64,000 nucleotides of DNA from Macrostomum hystrix. Its lineage: Eukaryota > Animalia > Platyhelminthes. Position numbers and translations under genes: made by a program. Under the pieces are notes generated by a model. That model had not been told where the DNA came from. It was given only the letters and a program-made list of their open reading frames with translations, and made no database searches. Positions 35,760-46,727 of the stretch are shown here, in pieces. The stretch lies in contig CATNEN010000003.1 in the NCBI GenBank assembly GCA_950097015.1, positions 3,596,001 through 3,660,000 on the forward strand, given 5' to 3'. Positions within the stretch are counted from its first letter, which is position 1. Every line of letters begins with the position of its first letter.

Positions 35760-37367
35760 ATCTGTACTTATATGATGACAATGCACTTACTAGCTATCAA
35801 TAGATTTTATTGAACTTGTTTACGATTCATTTTTATGTTGTAGTGGATCAAGCAAATTTTATTAGCTAAATTATAGTTTAATCTAGTTGAATTTGACATT
35901 TTTGTGTTTATTCTGCATGAATGAAAGTTGTTTAGATTCCAAAGAGTAAAGACTTGTGTACTTGTGAATTCTTAGTCAAATACATTATGCTGTCATCGAT
36001 TATAGCTTTTAATGGATTTCAGGATTTTACTACGCAAATGTACATAGTAAATGATTTTAGTTCGGTTTTCTTGACCAAAACGTCTATGGCTGGAGTAGCA
36101 ACGGATTGGGCCGTGAGCCAGTCGTACTTTTAATTGTTTTGTTTCCTTTTTGTGAAAGCCTCTCGGCTAGTTGGGTCGGGATCTGGGCTTGGGAGGCACG
36201 CCCAACCCTTCCTCCGCATTGCCCGCTGCGTGTGGGGGGCTCAAACCCTCTTGCCATTTTCTGTCTGATGTTTTTCATTGGTTACGCCTCGATTTAGTCG
36301 CCTCTGGTGTGCCAAAGCCGCACCCACCCCACGTCACGCGGGTCCATGCTGGTCTGGCTCAGGCGGGACTGGAGGGCCTGGCCCTTAAGTGGCGAAAAGT
36401 CATTATTCGATTTGTCAGTGTGAATGCCCTTTCTCATCGCGTTGATTTATCGAGAGTCCAGTACGTCTGAGCGACAAACATGAATTCCTCAACTGCGTTC
36501 AGCAACGGAACCAGAGCATCGACGCATGGCTCAGTTGATTGCACACTATAGGCTGCTGAGAGCTGCGAAATTGCTGATCTTCATGACTCCTTGATCAGAG
36601 ACACAGAGGCACACTCACAGGTGTGTGCTCAGGTGTGTGTGTATATCTGCCCCAAGTTTCAAATCGTCAGGCGGTGTACACTCTCCATGTGCCTTGAAGG
36701 CTGGCCCCCAAGGGCGTAAATTGCACGAAAAGCCCCCAAGCCTTCTCTCTCTGCGGCGGCGCTCCAAATAAATGTGGCCTCGCCGCGGAATCGAACTCAG
36801 GGACCTTGGCGCGAGACGCAAACGCTTTAATTGTTCTGCCAATGACGCCCCCATCAAGGGGCATCGCTACTGCTCTCCGATTCCTAGTAAGCAATTCTGA
36901 GCGATCATGCATTACTTCGCTGTCATGAAGAGTCACTACTTGTCACTGCACGGCAGCATAGGAATCTATTTATTCATGAAGAAGGCGTGACCAATAGATT
37001 TTATCAAGCATTGCGGCTGGTCAGGAGAAGCTACTCGAAGTCAAAGCGCGGAGACGGGAATCGCAGAGTTCGATTCTTTGGCCTCATCCAGGGCATCCAC
37101 GGATCTCATTGTGGCAAGATCTGTTGCACCATCCTGCTGGCATGATGACGGTTCGAGTCCTGAATGCGTCTGGCGGACAGTTGTCACTAAAACGCGGTAC
37201 ACAGGTTGGGGTTGTCTTCGACTGCCGCCCAGCAACCGGCACTCACAATAGTGCCAGTGTGGCCCGAATGAGAGTCAGATTGTTCGTGAACCCCCAGTGT
37301 GGTTACCGTATCACTGGAAGGTCGAGGTGGATAAGCCAGCTGACTACCTATTAATCATTTGAGACAT

Positions 37368-37594
37368 CGACGCCGATGCGATTGACAGAACCACCTCCGA
37401 CACTTTGACAAAAGTCTGCTGTCTGCTGGCCAGGAGGCGAGCGACCAGAGTGCAGATCAGCGAGCAGCAGAATCCGACTGCCAAGCCCAGCGACACGTCC
37501 AGGACGAGAACGCCCGCGGCGTTGAGCTGTCAGACGCTGAGATCTGCGAGCCGCGACTCGCGCCACAGTTTCGGCACGTCGGTGCAAATAGTCC
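37368..37594 (-). pseudogene. Second copy of the SLC26 gene B fragment
   Basis: Duplicate of 29565-29791. Confidence 0.88.
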
Positions 37595-38063
37595 TTCATG
37601 CTGCATATACAGTTCAGGCTTATGAATAATTAATGATTTTAGCGCTCTAACCAAGAAAGTTTTTATCGACTTGCCTCGTGGAAGTGTTGGTGGACTGAAA
37701 ACTGGTTTTAGCCATGTTTGCATTGCTTACAATATTGCTGAATATTGTACAGTGTTTCCAATTCTTGAATTCCGACTTCGTACAAAACTCTACCAATGGG
37801 GTTGTCTTTAAGCCACATACGACTTATAATGGAGTGACTCTGAATTCTAGTGATTCCACTGGTATACTACAAAACTATCTATACTCTACTCTGCATATGA
37901 TTTTCAAACGCACACACTTGAATTCAGTGGCAAATAGTCGTATGTCTTTCTTGTGCTCTAAATAACCAGATCAAGCCTGGCTCGCAATTGATAAGAATCA
38001 TAAGCAGGAGAGAGGAAACACACGGCAGATAAGTTTTCCCTATTCAATATTATACTGTTAGAC

Positions 38064-41000
38064 ATGTCTACTAGGTCAGCGGTTGACTACACTGTCCACA
38101 GACATGTGCTAAACTATGCTGACTTCAATTCTGCTCACGGTGAAGAGATTCGTCATAATAAACCGTTGTCAAGCGTTGCTAAGCAGGCGCTGATAAAGCA
38201 TTGTATACCTGATAAACCAAAGCTTGAGCTAATTATACCATTTGTTGGCCTGTTGCGCAATGGTCAGTACAAGGCATCTGACCTGATCAGTGACGTCATC
38301 GCCGGTCTAACAATGTGCGTGTTTCACATACCACAGGGCTTAGCCTACGGCCTATTGGCTGGCCTAAAACCGGTCAACGGACTGTACACATCGCTGATTC
38401 CCGTGTTCATCTTTGCCATATTTGGTCGCTCTCGTCACCTGTCGATTGGGACAATCGCTGTGATGTCTCTGCTATTGTTGGACATGGTTGAGGATAATTA
38501 CGGTGGCTATTTAGAGAGAATGCGAGCAGCTAACATTAGCGGCACATCGTTTGGTGTGAACTACACCGAAACTCAATATGCCAGGCTGCAAACGGCCATT
38601 GTAGGCAGTTTTGCAGCTTCCGTCATCACCTTGTTCATTGGCCTGCTGCGCCTTGGCTTCTTCATGAGATACGTGTCGGATTCCATGCTGAAGGGCTTCA
38701 CAACTGCTGCTGGCGTGCACGTTCTGATGAGTCAGCTGCCGCTGGTGCTAGGAATTAGGGTGCCGAGGACTTCCAGCAGGTTCAAGATTATCGGGGTGAG
38801 TGTACTGGGCCTGTCTTATAGCGGGTCTGTCTAACAGGTATTGTCGCTGTCTAACAGGTAGAGTGTCTGTCTAACAGGTATTGTCTCTGTCTAACAGGTA
38901 GAGTGTCTGTCCAACAGGTAGAGTGTCTGTCTAACAGGTAGAGTGTCTGTCTAACAGGTAAAGTGTCTGTCTAACAGGTAGAGTGTCTGTCTAACAGGTA
39001 GAGTGTCTGTCTAACAGGTAGAGTATCTGTCTAACAGGTAGAGTGTCTGTCTAACAGGTAGAGTGTCTGTCTAAACAGGTAGAGTGTCTCTCTTACAGGT
39101 AAAGTGTCTGTCTAACAGGTAGAGTGTCTGTCTAAACAGGTAGAGTGTCTGTCTAACAGGTATTGTCTCTGTCTAACAGGTAGAGTGTCTGTCTAACAGG
39201 TAGAGTGTCTGTCTAACAGATAGAGTGTCGGTCTAACAGGTAAAGTGTCTCTCTAACATGTAATGGCTCTGTCTAACAGGTAATGGTCAGTCTAACAGAT
39301 TCCATCCAATCTATGCTCAACTGTGCTCAAATTCCAGACATTAATCAACGTATTCAAAGCGATTCACAACACCAACTTTGTGACCTTGGGTCTATCAGCC
39401 GCTTGCTGTGTCAGTCTCTACCTTGTTCGCGAATTTGTCAATCCCAGAGTCAAGAAGAAGATTCGTCTGCCATTGCCAATCGAGCTAATTATCATAATTG
39501 TCACCTTATTGATTTCCTATTTCGCCGATCTAAACACCAATTACAATGTGATAGTCGTTGGCGATGTACCCCGTGGTCTTCCGGCTCCCCTTGTTCCAGA
39601 TTTTGGATTCCTACCGACCATGTTCCCGTCGGCTATTCCTGTGGGCATTGTTGGCGGTGTGATCACAATGTCCCTGGCCAAGCTTTATTGCCTGCAGTTT
39701 CAGTACAGCTACGATTTTAACGAAGATTTTGCAATCCTGGGCGTCAGCAGTCTGACTTCCAGCTTCTTTCAGTGCTTCTTCCCGTGTGCTGCTTTGGCAA
39801 GGAACTCCGTTGTGGTTTCCGTGAGTGACTTTGGCTGTCTTTGGCTCGTCATGAGGAATTGAACCTCCTGAATAACCACTTCCAGCACCTCTCTCTCTTC
39901 TCGTCTCACCCATGTCTCATCTCTCCCGTGTCTCATCTCTCCCGTGTCTCATCTCTCCCGTGTCTCATCTCTCCCGTGTCTCATCACTCCCGTGTCTCAT
40001 CTCAGCCGTGTCTCATCACTCCCGTGTCTCATCTCTCCCGTGTCTCATCTCTCCCGTGTCTCATCTCTCCCGTGTCTCATCTCTCCCGTGTCTCATCTCT
40101 CCCGTGTCTCATCTCTCCCGTGTCTCATCTCTCCCGTGTCTCATCTCAGCCGTGTCTCATCTCTCCCGTGTCTCATCTCTCCCGTGTCTCATCTCTCCCG
40201 TGTCTCATCTCAGCCGTGTCTCATCACTCCCGTGTCTCATCTCTCCCGTGTATCATCTCTCCCGTGTCTCATCTCTCCCGTGTCTCATCTCTCCCGTGTC
40301 TCATCTCTCCCGTGTCTCATCTCTCCCGTGTCTCATCTCTCCCGTGTCTCATCTCTCCCGTGTCTCATCTCTCCCGTGTATCATCTCTCACGTGTCTCAT
40401 CTCTCCCGTGTCTCATCTCTCCCGTGTCTCATCACTCCCGTGTCTCATCTCTCCCGTGTCTCATCTCTCCCGTGTCTCATCTCTCCCGTGTCTCATCTCT
40501 CCCGTGTCTCATCTCTCCCGTGTCTCATCTCTCCCGTGTCTCATCTCTCCCGTGTCTCATCTCTCCCGTGTCTCATCTCTCCCGTGTCTCATCTCTCCCG
40601 TGTCTCATCTCTCCCGTGTGTCATCTCTCCCGTGTGTCATCTCTCCCGTGTCTCATCTCTCCCGTGTCTCATCTCTCCCGTGTCTCATCTCTCCCGTGTC
40701 TCATCTCTCCCGTGTCTCATCTCAGCCTGTCTCATCTCTCCCGTGTCTCATCTCTCCCGTGTCTCATCTCTCCCGTGTCTCATCTCTCCCGTGTCTCATC
40801 TCAGCCGTGTCTAATTTAACTTATAAACAAACCTCACAATTCAGGTAGGCATGAAGAGTCAAGTAGCCAGTCTGGTCAGCTGTGGCTGCATGGTACTGGT
40901 TCTACTAGCTGTTGGTCCACTGTTCTACTCCGTACCAACATGTGCTCTTGGCTCCATCATCCTAGTCTCCCTGCTCGGTGTGCTCACCCAGGTCTCCGAG

Positions 41001-42167
41001 CTGCCGCAGATCTGGCGAGTGTCTCGCATTGATTTCAGCGTGTGGCTGGTGTCAGCTCTGTCCGTTCTCATCCTGGATGTCACCCTAGGCCTGGCCATTG
41101 GTCTGGGCTTCACACTGTTCTCAGTGATTCTGCGAACACAGTCGCCAAGGATTGCCATTCTGGGACGCATTGAAGACACGGACATCTACAGGAATGTGAA
41201 AGTCTACAGTGCCGCTACTGAAGTTCCTGGACTGAAAATTGTCCGCTTCGATGCGCCATTGAACTTTGCCAATGCTGAACGATTTCGAGACTTTCTGCTC
41301 CATCTGGCTGATGGCATGCAGTCTGACAAGCCGACTGCTGATGCTGCTGCTGCTGCTGCTGCTGCTGCTTCTGAGCAGCCTGTACACACCATTGTGCTGG
41401 ACTGTTCATCCTGGATCTACGCTGATATGGTTGGCGTGCGAACTGTTAAAGAGGTGCGAAGATAAGTTATAGTCATCTAGTCATTCAGTCATTCAGTCAT
41501 TCAGTCATTCAGTCATTCAGTCATTCAGTCATCCAGTCATTCATTTAGTCATTCAGTCATTCAGTCATTTAGTCATTCAGTCATTCAGTCATTCAGTCAT
41601 TTAGTCATTCAGTCATTCAGTCATTCAGTCATTCAGTCATTCAGTCAGTCAGACATTCAGTCATTCAGTCATTCAGTCAGTCAGTCATTCCGTCATTCAG
41701 TCATTCAGTCAGTCAGTCATTCAGTCATTCAGTCATTCAGTCATTCAGTCAGTCATTCCGTCATTCAGTCATTCAGTCAGTAGTTGGTCTACCCGTGCTA
41801 AACATGAACCCTGCAAATCCATAGCGAATGTTCACATGCCTTGTCCTTCCAGACCTACTTTGCCCTCATTGGTCGCAATTATCGCATTCTGTTTGCGAGC
41901 TGCAAAGAATCTGTCAGGTTGCATTTCTTCCGCGGAGACTTCTTCAAAGATGTGGACAAGTCTCTGTTCTATCTAACCCTTCACGATGCGGTGCTGTTCG
42001 CCGTCAATGTGCCGCCACAGCTGGTCAACGACCAGGACAAGCACGATGGCAACGAAACGGTTTTGATGTCAAACGACAACAAAGAAGAAACCAGTGATGG
42101 CGTTTCCGCTGTTGAACTTGCTGAAATCCAGGCTGCTGACTCTGAGGCTAAAGTTGCACTCATTTAA
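38064..42167 (+). CDS. SLC26 anion transporter, copy A3; exons 38064-38795, 39338-39820, 40845-41453, 41853-42167
   Basis: Near-identical to A1/A2; GTF>GTI substitution. Confidence 0.94.
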
Positions 42168-42236
42168 ATCTGTACTTATATGATGACAATGCACTTACTA
42201 GCTATCAATAGATTTTATTGAAATTTTAACTATTAA

Positions 42237-42530
42237 GGAGGTTGTAGCCTAGAGGTTAGAGTGTCGGACTCACGACTTGACGGTCGGGGGTTCGATCCCC
42301 GACTCCACTGGAACAATTTGTATCCTTTACCAAGACTCATAAATGTGCTTTGCTTCAGTTCACTCAGCTGTAAAATGGGTACCTTTATTATCTGAGGTGA
42401 TTGAGGGTGGGTGTGGCGTCCCCCAGTCCATGGACTGAACAGCCGTACGCAGGCTTCAGATGCGTCGCGCAATAGCTGCGGCTGTGCTGTCGGCTGCACA
42501 TCTGGCCCAATTGGGGTAGGTGCAATCAAA
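42237..42530 (+). mobile_element. tRNA-derived CORE-like SINE family C
   Basis: A box TAGCCTAGAGG, B box GGTTCGATCCC, 'ttcagttcactcagctgtaaaatgggtacc'; related copy at 63479-63720. Confidence 0.8.
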
Positions 42531-43353
42531 TATCACAGTTTTAGTACATTTACTCTTACTTTGCTTTGCTTTACTAGATCACAGTACTCGTACATTAGTA
42601 TTGTAATTCACTATTCAACTAATATAAAATCCGATTTCGTCGTTAATAGACGTTTAATGGGCGCATTCTGAGCCACGAATCTATCGTCTATGGTTGGAAA
42701 ATGCGAAGTCTTGAACCTGTGTGCCATATAATGGTCCCGAAAACGGGGCCCATTAAACCGTATAATGGGCTCCAAATACTGGGCCGCAAATCATTTATTG
42801 ACGCGAAACGTTTCAAACATGTTTAAACAAGTAGAATAAGCGACAACTAAGTAGTTAATAGTCAGTGGCAGTAACGGTCAATACCCAGCGTGAGGTAAAC
42901 ATCGTTAGTCGAATTTGATCTCGATCCTACCACCCTCGATGACAAGAGACTTGACCCCGTGGCCAGCAGTGGACTTACCGGAGTTTCGGCCAGGCTCCGC
43001 TACAGCAGGTTGCCCGCTTGATGGACCACTGACGTCCGTCGGACGACTGGATTCCTGCAAAGCGTCGGAAGCAATCCTCGCAACCTTGGCCGATGGGCCT
43101 ATGTAGCGTTCTATGGGCCTATGGGCCTATGGGCCTATGGGCCGTATGGCGGGTAAGGCTTCAAAAGAGTCCAAGAATGCAGAAAAGTCTAATTCTTCTT
43201 CAGCGTCGGCTATCGTGGATGCAAATAAACTCGAAGCTAGCAAGACTGATCTCTCTCTCTGACTGACTGACTGACTGAGCCAGCATCGAATTTCATATAA
43301 AATCGTGGCCGTTCAATTTGCAGTCTATGGTCTAAACTCTAAGCTAGCGAGAC

Positions 43354-43389
43354 CACAGATTCTATATTACAGATAATATAGAATCTGTG
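43354..43389. mobile_element. 36-bp perfect-hairpin mini element with 8-bp TSD
   Basis: CACAGATTCTATATTA-caga-TAATATAGAATCTGTG flanked by AGCGAGAC on both sides. Confidence 0.8.
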
Positions 43390-43444
43390 AGCGAGACTGT
43401 TCTCTCTAACTGACTGACTGAGCCAGCAATGAATTTCATATAAA

Positions 43445-43587
43445 ATAGTGGCTGCTCAATTTGCAGTCTATGGTTAAAAAGTCCTCGGCCACGCTCAATA
43501 GTCCTCGGCTCGCTTCGCTCGCCTTGGACCATTAAAACGCAGCCTCAGACTTTCTAACCACAGAATGCCAATTAAGCAGCCACTATC
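43445..43587. repeat. Imperfect fold-back element (likely non-autonomous DNA transposon)
   Basis: atagtggctgctcaatttgcagtctatggttaaaaagt pairs with actttctaaccacagaatgccaattaagcagccactat. Confidence 0.65.
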
Positions 43588-44079
43588 ATATACTGAATAG
43601 CCTGCCTTGTTTGACGGCTGTTTGAACGAGCCGTAAAGGCAACAACGTTTATAACGTCTATGGCAATAGTAGCAATCCTATTTTATCATCATTTTAATTA
43701 CCTTAGTTGTACTTATGTCTGCGTCTAAGAACATTCAGAGTTTTTTTTGAGTAAAATTTAGCAAAACTATTGAAATAGGATCACGATGCTTCCTCTTGGA
43801 CAATGGCCTGGGCAAAGGCAAGTGTGAGTTTAGGAATGTATTTTTGTGTGTTATGTGTACATTTGATGTCTTGTAGAATTTTAAAAAGCATCTTCAAAAG
43901 CAAACGAAATATAATATAGAGGATTATAAACTGATCAATGCAAACTCCACAGACCACAACAATAGAACCAATTTTTGCTAAAAAGTTCAGCAGCATAACA
44001 TTGATGAGCTTGGTTTAATAAGTTTTGGCGCTGTCAGAAAAGCAACCCAATTTTTTTTGTCGAAACAAAATATCGAGCT

Positions 44080-45855
44080 TCACTTTTTCTTGGCCCCCCC
44101 AATCGTCGGGCTGATCATCATTGGAAACCGTGCCACCGTGTCGTCGGCCGTGCCATCGGCGCCGATGCGATCGACAGCACCACCTCCGTCACTTTGACGC
44201 TTTCGTCTGCTAGCCAGGAGGCGAACGACCAGAGTGCAGATCAGCGAGTAGCAGAACCCGACTGCCAAGCCCAGCGACACGTCCAGGACGAGAACGCCCG
44301 CGGCGGTGACCAGCCAGACGCTCAGATCTGCGAGCCGGGACTCGCGCCACAGTTTAGGCACGTCGGTGACCTGTTTAAACAGTCCGACTAGCGACACCAC
44401 AATGACAGAGGCCAGAGCGCAATCTGGTACAGACTCAAACAGAGGCCCGACAGCGAGCACAACAGCCAGCAGGACAATGCAACTCACAGCCGAAGCCATC
44501 TGGGACCGCATGCCGGCACCCACAACAACGGCGCACCGCGCCAGAGCGCCAGTTGCGTAGAAGCACTGGAAGAAGCTGCCGAAGACACTCGCTGCTCCGA
44601 GTACAAATAGTTCCCCATTGTAATTCACTTCGTAGTCAAACTGTAAGGCATACATCTTCACAATGGACAGGGACATTGCTGCTCCAACTAAACTCACTGG
44701 CAAGCAGCTAAAAAGCACATTGGGCAGATAGGAGAAATCTGGCACTAGGGGCAGCGGTAGGCCACGCGGGATCGAACCAACAACGTCAATATCGAATCGG
44801 GACTGCAACTGGAACGCGTGTGACGCAGCCAAGGCTAGGAGAACAATCAGCAGCTCGACTGGGAGCGGCACGTTGATGCACTTCTTCACTCTCGGGTTCA
44901 AGTACTCCTTCATGAGGTGGAGCGGCACCATGCATGCTACTGAGGTGATCACCGTTGCCCAGTTAATCGATGCGATGTCATTCACAATGCCAGTGTAGAC
45001 AGCGATGAGCTTGACAAAGTTGTCACTGTTGGTTGGATGAACGCCTAGCAGCATGTGCACCTGGCTAGTGAAGATGTGCACCGCAGCGGCCGTTGTGAAG
45101 CCGCGAAGCATCGGATTCGAGACGTACTTCATCACGAAGCCCAGATGCAGCGCGCCCAGAGCCATGTTGATGACAGAGGCGGCTAAGCTGCCCAGAATGG
45201 CCACTTGCAGCTTGGCGTACTCTTCGATGGTGAGACTGCCGAAGTACTCGCCTGATGAACTGCCACAATCCGTATGGTACATTGTGTCCTGGTCTGAAAT
45301 TGTACAGTTCATCATCGAGCTGTTCGATCCTCGAAGCTGTTCCAAGTACGGCCGATACGTTGCACCAATCATGTCTGCTAACAGTAGCGAGGTCAGCGAG
45401 AAGGTGCCCAACGATAGGTGTCTAGAACGGCCTAGGAGACAGTAGAGTGCCACGGGAATTAGCGAGGTGTACAGGCCGTTGACGGGCCTTAGGCCGGCCA
45501 GTAGGCCATAGGCCAAGCCCTGAGGTATGTGAAACACGCTCATTGTAAATCCTGAGAGCAGGTCAGACAACAGAGATTTTCCTGAGTAGCCTCCGTCAGC
45601 GACTAAAGCATAAAATGGAAACACTAAGCCGAGCAGATTGTTAGCGCCAGCCCTGAACTGAGTCGCCAGGGCTTCACTACAGCAGCAGAAGCAGCAGCCG
45701 CAGTTGTTGCACTTGATTCTACGCAATTTTCTACTCAATCGAACTCGCCGCGACGAAGAGCTGTACAGTCTGTGCAGGTCGTCGGACAGTAGCGGCACTG
45801 TCTCCGACCGGGTGCTCTCCAGTAGGTCGGTTGCTGCACCACCCGCTGACGTCAT
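44080..45855 (-). CDS. SLC26 anion transporter paralog B, intronless, no STAS domain
   Basis: 591-aa uninterrupted ORF spanning the whole transmembrane domain; ends ~45 aa after last TM. Confidence 0.92.
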   Translation of the reverse strand: MTSAGGAATDLLESTRSETVPLLSDDLHRLYSSSSRRVRLSRKLRRIKCNNCGCCFCCCSEALATQFRAGANNLLGLVFPFYALVADGGYSGKSLLSDLLSGFTMSVFHIPQGLAYGLLAGLRPVNGLYTSLIPVALYCLLGRSRHLSLGTFSLTSLLLADMIGATYRPYLEQLRGSNSSMMNCTISDQDTMYHTDCGSSSGEYFGSLTIEEYAKLQVAILGSLAASVINMALGALHLGFVMKYVSNPMLRGFTTAAAVHIFTSQVHMLLGVHPTNSDNFVKLIAVYTGIVNDIASINWATVITSVACMVPLHLMKEYLNPRVKKCINVPLPVELLIVLLALAASHAFQLQSRFDIDVVGSIPRGLPLPLVPDFSYLPNVLFSCLPVSLVGAAMSLSIVKMYALQFDYEVNYNGELFVLGAASVFGSFFQCFYATGALARCAVVVGAGMRSQMASAVSCIVLLAVVLAVGPLFESVPDCALASVIVVSLVGLFKQVTDVPKLWRESRLADLSVWLVTAAGVLVLDVSLGLAVGFCYSLICTLVVRLLASRRKRQSDGGGAVDRIGADGTADDTVARFPMMISPTIGGAKKK

Positions 45856-46429
45856 CCTTGACCGTAGAACTCGATCAAGTATAACTCAGTATCTAGAACT
45901 TTAATTGACAAAAAACTGGCGTTTCGATCGTCAATTCGCTTTAGTTTGCGAGTATCGCTTAAAGAAGCCGTGAAACAAAATTTCGAGTGAATTTCCAGAT
46001 AACATAGAGATATCAACATAAAACATGTTAGTGTGAGCTCTTGCCAACTGATTAGGACCAAATACACACAGTCGGCAGTCTTACCATTACAACATTGAGA
46101 TTTGAGGCCTATGTACAATGACTATCAAATTTAAAAGACGAGAGAAACTGCTGGCTTGATTCACGAAAGAGATAAAAAGAATTGCACAGTTAATGGCCAA
46201 TCAGTTTGCATGACAGCTTTTGTATTTGAACGGTTTCGTATTTGCTAGGAGAAAGTTATTATTTTAGTAATAAAGCATTACTGAAGCTATAAATCTCTGT
46301 TAATTAGTTGATTCCCGCAAACCTCTATGGTAAACATACAATTACGGACAACGCTATAGAACTCAAAGGGCCAGCGGTACCAGCGTAAGTCCGTACAGTA
46401 ATTAATTATGCATACCCCAATTATGCATA

Positions 46430-46605
46430 GGCCAGATGTGCAGCCGTCAACTATTGCGCGGTGTTACTGAAGACTTCGTACAGCAAGTACAGTCCATGGA
46501 CTTCGGGGACGCCACACCCACCCTTAATAATCCCAGCCAATGCTGGTACCCGTTTAACAGCTGGGTGAACTGAAGCAATGCAGAGTTAAGTGTCTAGCTA
46601 AAGGA
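46430..46605 (-). mobile_element. Partial CORE-like SINE (family C-related)
   Basis: cagtccatggac...ggggacgccacaccca...ggtacccgtttaacagctgggtgaactgaagca is the reverse complement of the family C body. Confidence 0.65.
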
Positions 46606-46727
46606 AGTTGTCCTCTTGTCGTTGAGTTGTCGTTGAATGTATAATTTCTAAGAGATGGTTAGTTTATTTCCAGTTTTATCACCATTCCGCTCACTCTTAA
46701 CATTCATTAAACCCTTGCAGCCAACCC

